Positions 57,604-64,000 of a stretch of DNA of 64,000 nt are shown piece after piece. Both the position numbers and the translations under genes were made by a program. The notes beneath the pieces were generated by a model. That model saw only the letters and a list, made by a program, of their open reading frames with translations, ran no database searches and was not told the DNA's origin. Each line of letters begins with the position of its first letter. Within the stretch, counting starts at the first letter, position 1. Source of the stretch: Planctomycetota bacterium (GTDB lineage Bacteria; Planctomycetota; UBA1135; UBA2386); NCBI GenBank assembly GCA_965228735.1, contig OZ245838.1, positions 4,448,001-4,512,000 of the forward strand, written 5' to 3'.

Positions 57604-58692
57604 TCAGCGTCGTCCTGCCCGCGGTCCCGTGGCTTTCGTTCGCGGTTTCGGACTGTGCTCGAGCGCGCGTTCGAGCAGCGCATCGAACCCGCTCTGCTGA
57701 CGCAGCGCATCGATCTCCGGATCGGTCTCCCACACCCGCCGTTCGACCTTGTGCGAGCTGTCGACGTCCGGGGAGGCCTGCAGCTCGACGGCCCGCCGCA
57801 GCGCCGCCATGCCGTGCTCGATCTGACCCGCGAGCGAATGCAGGCACGCCGCCCAGTACCAGTCCACGGGCTTGAGCTGCACGTCGCCGTCCTGCGCGAC
57901 CTTCTGCAGCGTGCGGTGCGTCGCGGCCGCCGCGCGGTAGTTGCGCAGCTGGTAGTGCAGATCGGCGAGCATCAACAACGTGCGAACCCGTTCGAACGCG
58001 TCGCCCTCGACGCTCTGCCGCTGCAGCTCGTCGAGCCGCGGCTGGATGAAGCGCTTCTCGCCCCACTGATAGAGCATGCACGACAGCGCCTGGCGCAGAT
58101 CGCGCGGTTCGAGCGCCTCGTCCTCGACGATCGCGACCACACCTTCGACCGTCCCTTCGTCCGGCCGCTCGGTCTGCAGATCGCGCAGCGCCGGGACGAG
58201 ATGCACGCGATGCGTGTGCGGATACCAGTCCGGAGTCTCGAGCAGCCAGCCGAAGAACAGCGTCGTGACGAACGGCCGCAGCGGCTGCAGCCCGTCGTAT
58301 TGACCGGCGTAGATCACGCCGCTGGTCGTCTGCTCCTTGAGGAACGCGAGCGCGGTCTGCGTTGCGACGCTCTTGACGCCGCGCGCGCGCGGGCTCTCGG
58401 TGTCGTCGCCGACGGCGGTCAGCTCGCGACCGAGCAGCGGCAGCCCGACCTTGCGCCTGGCCAGCATCGCCGCGACGGTCCGCTCCATGAGCTCGGGCGA
58501 CGACTGTTCGGACGCGATCCAGGCCTGCAGCGCGGCGGCCGGCTCGGGGTGCTGGGGGTCCTGCGTCGCGCTCGACTCCGACGGCGCCGGGGCTTGGGCC
58601 CGGGCCCGGGCCACGGCTGGCGCCGGCAGGCCCACGGCACAACCGACGACCGCCGCAACCAGCAGTCCAGGCCCGATGCGTGTCGCTCTCAT
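57604..58692 (-). CDS. Exported TPR-containing protein
   Basis: Signal peptide; WYWAACLHSL.G...A.L.RAV and DPEIDALR (TPR-end motif). Confidence 0.75.
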   Translation of the reverse strand: MRATRIGPGLLVAAVVGCAVGLPAPAVARARAQAPAPSESSATQDPQHPEPAAALQAWIASEQSSPELMERTVAAMLARRKVGLPLLGRELTAVGDDTESPRARGVKSVATQTALAFLKEQTTSGVIYAGQYDGLQPLRPFVTTLFFGWLLETPDWYPHTHRVHLVPALRDLQTERPDEGTVEGVVAIVEDEALEPRDLRQALSCMLYQWGEKRFIQPRLDELQRQSVEGDAFERVRTLLMLADLHYQLRNYRAAAATHRTLQKVAQDGDVQLKPVDWYWAACLHSLAGQIEHGMAALRRAVELQASPDVDSSHKVERRVWETDPEIDALRQQSGFDALLERALEHSPKPRTKATGPRAGRR

Positions 58693-58701
58693 GCCCCCCT
58701 T

Positions 58702-59376
58702 CTAGTCGCTCGCCGGGAACGGCAACAGTGGCCCGCTGCCAGGGCGTGAACCGAACGCCGCTGCCATGAGCTCTTCGACCGCCACGGCAATGCGCGCTTC
58801 GGTGTCGAGCGTGTCCGCGACGAGCACCGACGCGCGCAGCTCCGAGCCGGCGAACGACGCGTCCAGCGCCCGCACGTACTCGTGCACCGCGGCCTTGCTC
58901 GCGAGGTAGTTCGCCGCGACGTCCTTGCCCACCCCCACGGCGGCGCTGCCGACGAACGTGATCGTTCCCCGCCCCCGGCGCCGCATCCCGGGCAACGCCG
59001 CCCGGACGAGCGTCGCGCCGGACAGCAGGTTGGCCTCGACGAGCTCCGCGAGTTCGCCCGCCGGCTCCTGCCCGACGGCCGCCGTGCGGAACGCGCCGGC
59101 CGTCGAGACGACCGCGGTGAGCGGCCCGAGCGCGTCGTTGCAACCCTTGACGAAGCCGGCCGCGGCCTCGGAATCCTGCGCGCCGACGACGCCGACGAGC
59201 AGCCGCTCCGCGCCGACGTCGGCGAACCGTTCCCGGACCTTGTCGACCTGCCACGGCCGCCGCACGGCCGCGGCGAGCCGGTGCCCGTCCGCGAGCACGC
59301 GGCGCGCGAAGGCAGTGCCGAGCTGGCCGGTCACCCCGGCCAGCAGCACGACCTGATTCGAATCGGTGGTGCTCAC
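58702..59376 (-). CDS. SDR-family oxidoreductase
   Basis: AGVTGQLG, FVGS, YLASK. Confidence 0.88.
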   Translation of the reverse strand: MSTTDSNQVVLLAGVTGQLGTAFARRVLADGHRLAAAVRRPWQVDKVRERFADVGAERLLVGVVGAQDSEAAAGFVKGCNDALGPLTAVVSTAGAFRTAAVGQEPAGELAELVEANLLSGATLVRAALPGMRRRGRGTITFVGSAAVGVGKDVAANYLASKAAVHEYVRALDASFAGSELRASVLVADTLDTEARIAVAVEELMAAAFGSRPGSGPLLPFPASD

Positions 59377-59402
59377 GCGTCGTCAGCGGAGTGGTCGTCC
59401 GA

Positions 59403-59978
59403 TCAGAAGCTGACCTTCACGTTCTGGCGTTCTGCGGCGACGTCGATCTCGAAGAACTCGGCCTGCTTGAAGTTGCCGAATCCCGCGACGATGTTGCCCG
59501 GGAACTGCTCGATCGCGTTGTTGAAGCGCATCGCGGCGTCGTTGTAGGCCTGGCGCGCGAAGCCGATCTTGTTCTCGGTCGACGTGAGCTCTTCCTGCAG
59601 CTTGAGCATCGTCTGATCGGCCTTGAGGTCGGGGTAGTTCTCCGACACGGCGAACAGGCGACCGAGCGTCTGGGTCAGCACGCCCTCGGCCTTCATCAGC
59701 TCACCGATCTTCTCCGCGTTCTTGAGGTCGACGCAGGTCTGGCGCGCCTGGATCACGGCCTCGAGCGTTTCGCGCTCGTGGTTCATGTAGCCCTTGGCCG
59801 TCTCGACGAGGTTGGGGATCAGGTCGTAACGCCGCTTGAGCTGGACGTCGATCTGGCTCCACGAGTTCTTCGTTTCGTTGCGCCGCGCCACGAGCCCGTT
59901 GTAGGTCGAAATCACCCAGAAGATGACGATGAGCGCGATGACGGCGATGACGATGACGGCGATCCAGAGTGGTTCCAT
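59403..59978 (-). CDS. lemA: LemA family protein
   Basis: N-terminal TM, WSQIDVQLKRRYDLIPNLVE, ENYPDLKA, TENKIGFARQAYN. Confidence 0.96.
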   Translation of the reverse strand: MEPLWIAVIVIAVIALIVIFWVISTYNGLVARRNETKNSWSQIDVQLKRRYDLIPNLVETAKGYMNHERETLEAVIQARQTCVDLKNAEKIGELMKAEGVLTQTLGRLFAVSENYPDLKADQTMLKLQEELTSTENKIGFARQAYNDAAMRFNNAIEQFPGNIVAGFGNFKQAEFFEIDVAAERQNVKVSF

Positions 59979-60006
59979 GGGGCGTTCCTGACAGAAAAGG
60001 GCCGAT

Positions 60007-60846
60007 CTACTTCGTGGCCGACGGCGGCAGCGGAATGTCGCCGCGGTAGACCATTCGCGCCGGTCCTTCGATCCTAGGGACTGGCCCGTCGAGAAGCACG
60101 CGGAGCACGCCGCCGCGCAGCGAGACCGCGATCTCGTGGGCCGAGACCCGGCCCGACACGAGCGCCGCCTTGGCCGCCACCGCGGCGCCGGTGCCGCACG
60201 CCAGCGTCTCGCCGCTGCCGCGTTCGAACGTGCGCTGGTCCAGCCGATCCGGCCCGGTCACGGCGACGAACTCGACGTTCACGCCACCCGGGAAGTTCGG
60301 GTGTTCTTGCATGGCGGCGCCCACCGTCTCGACGGGCGCGGAATCGACGTCGTCGACGAACACCACCGCGTGCGGATTGCCGGCATCACCGGCGTGGTAG
60401 CTGACGTGCTGACCGCAAACGTCGAGTTCGCGTTCGGTGAGCACACGCACGTCCCCCATCGCGGTCCGCACGAGGTCGCCGCCGAGCAGCTCCACGGCGC
60501 GCGGCCCGGCATCGGTCTCGACCTCGAATGCGACCTCACGCACGTGCCCTTGCCGCTGCGCGAGCAGCGCGAGACAGCGCAGGCCGTTGCCACACATCGC
60601 GCCGCGCGAACCGTCGGCGTTCCACATGACCATCCGCACCGCGCAGCTCGAGCTCGGCGCCATCACGATGAGGCCGTCGGCGCCGATCCCGAAGTGGCGA
60701 TCGGACCAGCGGCGCGCGCATTCCGACCCGAGCTCGAGCGGGAAGTCGTTCTGCAGTGCGTCGACGTAGACGTAGTCGTTGCCCGCGCCCTGCATCTTGA
60801 AGAACGGGATCGTCGGCCCGCCGCTGGTCGCGTGTCGGTCACTCAT
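60007..60846 (-). CDS. dapF: Diaminopimelate epimerase
   Basis: KMQGAGNDY, GIGADG, MCGNG, GNPHAV, ERGSGETLACGTG. Confidence 0.96.
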   Translation of the reverse strand: MSDRHATSGGPTIPFFKMQGAGNDYVYVDALQNDFPLELGSECARRWSDRHFGIGADGLIVMAPSSSCAVRMVMWNADGSRGAMCGNGLRCLALLAQRQGHVREVAFEVETDAGPRAVELLGGDLVRTAMGDVRVLTERELDVCGQHVSYHAGDAGNPHAVVFVDDVDSAPVETVGAAMQEHPNFPGGVNVEFVAVTGPDRLDQRTFERGSGETLACGTGAAVAAKAALVSGRVSAHEIAVSLRGGVLRVLLDGPVPRIEGPARMVYRGDIPLPPSATK

Positions 60847-62225
60847 CGCAGTTCGATCCGGTCGCGCTTGCTCGGCACGTGCACCTCGCGGAAGCCGGCG
60901 TCGAGCAGGCGCTGCGCGTGCGCTTCGGCCGGCTCGTCCTCGCCGTGCACCACGAACACCTGTTTACAACGGTCGACGAGGTGGCGCGACGCTTGCATGA
61001 GCTCGCTGTAGTCGGCGTGGGCCGAGAACCCGCCCATCGACCGCACCTTGCAGCGCACGGGGTACTCCTCGCCGTAGATCCGGACGGTGTCCGCGCCGTC
61101 GCGGAGCTTGCGACCCAGCGTGCCGTGCGCCTGGAACCCCACCATCAGGACGCAGTCCTCGCGGCGCCCCACCGTGTTGCGCAGGTGATGCAGGATCCGG
61201 CCCGACTCGCACATCCCGGACGCCGACAGGATGACGCCGCTGCGTTGACCGTTGAGCGACTTGCTCTCCTGCACGTCCGCGACGTAGCGCACGCCGTCGA
61301 AGAAGAACGGGCTGTGGCCCTTCTCGAGCAGCGCCTTCGTCTCGTCGTCGAAGAGCCCGGGATGCCGCGCCATGATCTTCGTCGCGTTCGTGCTCATCGG
61401 CGAGTCGACGAAGATCGGGATCTGCGGCAGCTGGCGCTCGTGCATGAGCTGACCGAGGAAGAGCACGACGGACTGCGTGCGCCCGACGGAGAACGCGGGG
61501 ATGACGATGCGGCCACCGTCGCGCATCTCTTCTTCGACGATCCCCGCGAGCTCCGTCATCATCGCCGGGCGCGCGTCGTGCAGACGGTCGCCGTACGTCG
61601 ATTCGGTGATCAGCGCATCGCATTCCGGGATGCGGTCGGGATCGCGCAGGATCGGCAGATCCTTGCGGCCGTGATCGCCCGTGAACACGATGCGCCGTTG
61701 CCGGTTCGCAGCGTCGACGTCGAGGACGACGATCGCGGCCCCCAGGATATGGCCGGCGTCGATGAACTCGACGCGCACCTGCGGGTCGATCGTGAACGAC
61801 TCGTAGTACGGTTTCGGCCGCAGGAGTCGCAGCGTGCGCTCGACGTCGTCCGCGGTGTAGAGCGGCTCGTAGTCGTGGCCACGCTTCCGCAGATGCCGCG
61901 CGTCCTGCGCCTGGATGTGCGCCGAATCGAACAGCATCATCCGCAACATGTCGGCGGTCGCGTCCGTGCACCAGATCGGCCCGTCGAAGCCCTCCTTCAC
62001 GAGCTTCGGCAGACAACCCGAGTGATCGATGTGCGCGTGGCTCAGCACGACCGCGTCGATCGACCCGGGATCGAACGGCAGATTCCGGTTCTGTTCCTCC
62101 GCGACGCGCCGCGGCCCCTGAACGAGTCCGCAGTCCAGCAGGACGCGTTTGTCGCCGACCTCGACGAGGTGCTTGCTGCCGGTGACGTGCCGTGCCGCGC
62201 CGAGGAACCGGATGGCGATCGTCAT
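60843..62225 (-). CDS. MBL-fold beta-CASP ribonuclease (YSH1/TTHA0252-like)
   Basis: VTGS, SHAHIDHSG, AGHILG, ESTYG, SGMCESGRILHH, FSAHAD, VHGE. Confidence 0.93.
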   Translation of the reverse strand: MTIAIRFLGAARHVTGSKHLVEVGDKRVLLDCGLVQGPRRVAEEQNRNLPFDPGSIDAVVLSHAHIDHSGCLPKLVKEGFDGPIWCTDATADMLRMMLFDSAHIQAQDARHLRKRGHDYEPLYTADDVERTLRLLRPKPYYESFTIDPQVRVEFIDAGHILGAAIVVLDVDAANRQRRIVFTGDHGRKDLPILRDPDRIPECDALITESTYGDRLHDARPAMMTELAGIVEEEMRDGGRIVIPAFSVGRTQSVVLFLGQLMHERQLPQIPIFVDSPMSTNATKIMARHPGLFDDETKALLEKGHSPFFFDGVRYVADVQESKSLNGQRSGVILSASGMCESGRILHHLRNTVGRREDCVLMVGFQAHGTLGRKLRDGADTVRIYGEEYPVRCKVRSMGGFSAHADYSELMQASRHLVDRCKQVFVVHGEDEPAEAHAQRLLDAGFREVHVPSKRDRIELR

Positions 62226-62231
62226 CGTGGT

Positions 62232-62579
62232 CTACAAGCGCACGACGACGGTGCGCGAGGTCGACAGCAGCGGCAGCAGGAGCGGCGCGAGCAGAACGTC
62301 GTAGAACCCGTAGCTCGTTTCGATGCTGTAGCTCGTGAGGTTCCCGGCCATCCGTCGCGCATCGACCTCGTTGAACTGCACGAACCCGAACAGCCAGTAG
62401 TACTGCCGTTCGACGACGACCTCCGAACCGGTCGCCCCGAGACCGACGTTGTGGGTGTGGGTCACGCACCCGGAAGCGCCCGTCGTCGCCACGACGGCCA
62501 GCAGGAGACCGAGAGTCCGCAGACCCGAGATGAGCGTTCGCACGACGCCCGGAGTACCGTGCCGCGCCGCGCGCGCCAA
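62232..62579 (-). CDS. Bor/Iss-like small lipoprotein
   Basis: Lipobox ASGC, QYYWLFG, C-terminal SRTVVV. Start is uncertain. Confidence 0.65.
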   Translation of the reverse strand: MARAARHGTPGVVRTLISGLRTLGLLLAVVATTGASGCVTHTHNVGLGATGSEVVVERQYYWLFGFVQFNEVDARRMAGNLTSYSIETSYGFYDVLLAPLLLPLLSTSRTVVVRL

Positions 62580-62581
62580 CC

Positions 62582-64000
62582 TCAGGACCGGATTTCCTGC
62601 AGCGCTGCCCCGAGCGCGCGCAGCGCCATGTCGATGTCACCCTCGGTCAACACCATGGGCGGCTTGATCTTGAGCACGTTGTCGAACGGTCCGTCGGTGC
62701 TCAGCAGAACGCCGTTGTGCCGCACTCGGTTGACGATCGCCCTCGCCACTGCGGGCGCCGGTTCGCGACTCTCCCGATCCGCCACGATCTCGACGCCGAG
62801 GAACAGGCCGACACCGCGCACGTCCCCGATCACGGCATGCTCCCGCTGCAGCTCCTGCAACCCACGCATGAACCGTTCGCCGAGCCTGGCCGCGCGATCG
62901 ATGAGGCGCTCGTCCTCGATCACGTCGAGCACGGCGTTGCCGATCGCGCACGACACGGGATTGCCGCCGAACGTCGCGAAGAACTCCATCCCGTTCGCGA
63001 ACGACCGCGCGATCGCCCGCGTCGTGACCACGGCTGCCATCGGGTGGCCGTTGCCGATCGGCTTGCCGAGCACGACGACCTCGGGAACGACGTCCTGCAG
63101 TTCGAACGCCCAGTAGCCGCGGCCCGTGCGCCCGAACCCGACCTGCACCTCGTCCGCGATGCAGATGCCGCCGTGCTCACGAACGTGCTCGTAGGCGCGC
63201 TCGAGATAGCCCGGCGGCGGCACGAGCTGACCGCCGCACGACAGGAGTGACTCGCAGAGGAGGCCGGCGATCGGCCGTTCGCTCGCGGCGATCACGCGCC
63301 CGATCGCGTCGCCGTAGGCCTGCCCCGCGGCGCGGTCGTTGGTGCGGTGCGGGCCGCGATAGACGTCGGGGTTGGGCGCGACGTGCACCCAGGGCTCGGG
63401 CTCACCGGTGCCGCCCTTGCCCATGAACTTGTACGGGCTCAACGCGATCAACGCCGACGTGTGGCCGTGATACGCGCTGTCGAGGACGATCATGTCACGC
63501 CGGCCCGTGTGGGCCCGCGCGAGCCGCAGCGCGAGCTCGTTCGCCTCGCTGCCCGAGTTCACGAGGAAGCAGGTATCGAGCTCGTCCGGCAGCGTCGCAC
63601 ACAGACGCTCCGCGTAGTCCGTGAGCGCGCGGTAGAGGTAGCGCGTGTTGGTGTTGAGTTGCGCCATCTGCCGCTGCCCCGCAGCGACGACGTGCGGATG
63701 GCAATGACCGACGTGGCAGACGTTGTTGACGAGGTCGAGGTGCGGCCGACCATGCTCGTCGATCAGATACTGACCGCGGCCGCGCACGACCTGCAGCGGT
63801 TCGTCATAGGCGACCGACAACGCCGGGTTGACGTGCCGCCGGCGGCGCGCGAGGAGGTCGTCCTTCGACGGCGCCGACGCCGACCGTTCGCCGTCGCGGC
63901 CGGATCCGACCGCGTCGGCGAACGCGCGCGACCCGGCTGCGGGCGACAGCGCCGACAGCTCGTCCAGGGCCGCCACTGCCGGCGCCTCCGAGACGAACCA
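62582..64000 (-). CDS. Class-III PLP aminotransferase / phospho-lyase (AGXT2L/PHYKPL-like), 5' truncated
   Basis: NNVCHVGHCHP, NSGSEANELA, IADEVQVGFGR, LGKPIGNG, KIKPPM. Frame stays open to the window edge. Confidence 0.92.
   Translation of the reverse strand, partial: WFVSEAPAVAALDELSALSPAAGSRAFADAVGSGRDGERSASAPSKDDLLARRRRHVNPALSVAYDEPLQVVRGRGQYLIDEHGRPHLDLVNNVCHVGHCHPHVVAAGQRQMAQLNTNTRYLYRALTDYAERLCATLPDELDTCFLVNSGSEANELALRLARAHTGRRDMIVLDSAYHGHTSALIALSPYKFMGKGGTGEPEPWVHVAPNPDVYRGPHRTNDRAAGQAYGDAIGRVIAASERPIAGLLCESLLSCGGQLVPPPGYLERAYEHVREHGGICIADEVQVGFGRTGRGYWAFELQDVVPEVVVLGKPIGNGHPMAAVVTTRAIARSFANGMEFFATFGGNPVSCAIGNAVLDVIEDERLIDRAARLGERFMRGLQELQREHAVIGDVRGVGLFLGVEIVADRESREPAPAVARAIVNRVRHNGVLLSTDGPFDNVLKIKPPMVLTEGDIDMALRALGAALQEIRS

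Overview
High-GC (roughly 70% by eye), densely coding bacterial chromosome segment. Gene content suggests an uncultured Planctomycetota lineage (inference). No prophage, integrase, transposase or CRISPR array was seen. In order, the window holds: a MocR/PdxR-pdxS-pdxT vitamin B6 cluster; two lipobox-bearing beta-barrel paralogues; a regulatory block (ECF sigma, zinc anti-sigma, RseB/MucB, a small gene with a sigma-54 promoter, and an NtrC-like protein lacking GAFTGA); tRNA-Arg(CCG); an M61 peptidase; lexA preceded by a small membrane ORF; a DEDDh exonuclease; an Fe/B12 ABC transporter; tandem Uma2 genes; a 20.6-kb minus-strand envelope operon (beta-propeller protein, two exported squalene-cyclase-repeat proteins, BatA/vWA, vWA, coiled-coil proteins, NPCBM, one active and two dead HtrA-like proteases); an HTTM pair; and lemA, dapF, a beta-CASP nuclease and a class-III aminotransferase. 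Top finding: one coiled-coil gene of the envelope operon (36628-38625, minus) is interrupted by two in-frame TGA codons five codons apart (GGG*TGSG*GGEPPLVP). Each is followed by a SECIS-like hairpin, pointing to an unrecognised dual-selenocysteine or programmed-readthrough protein. Second: an 11-bp-periodic GAAC-N7 array overlaps the predicted promoter of the ORF-lexA unit and is a candidate LexA box for this lineage.
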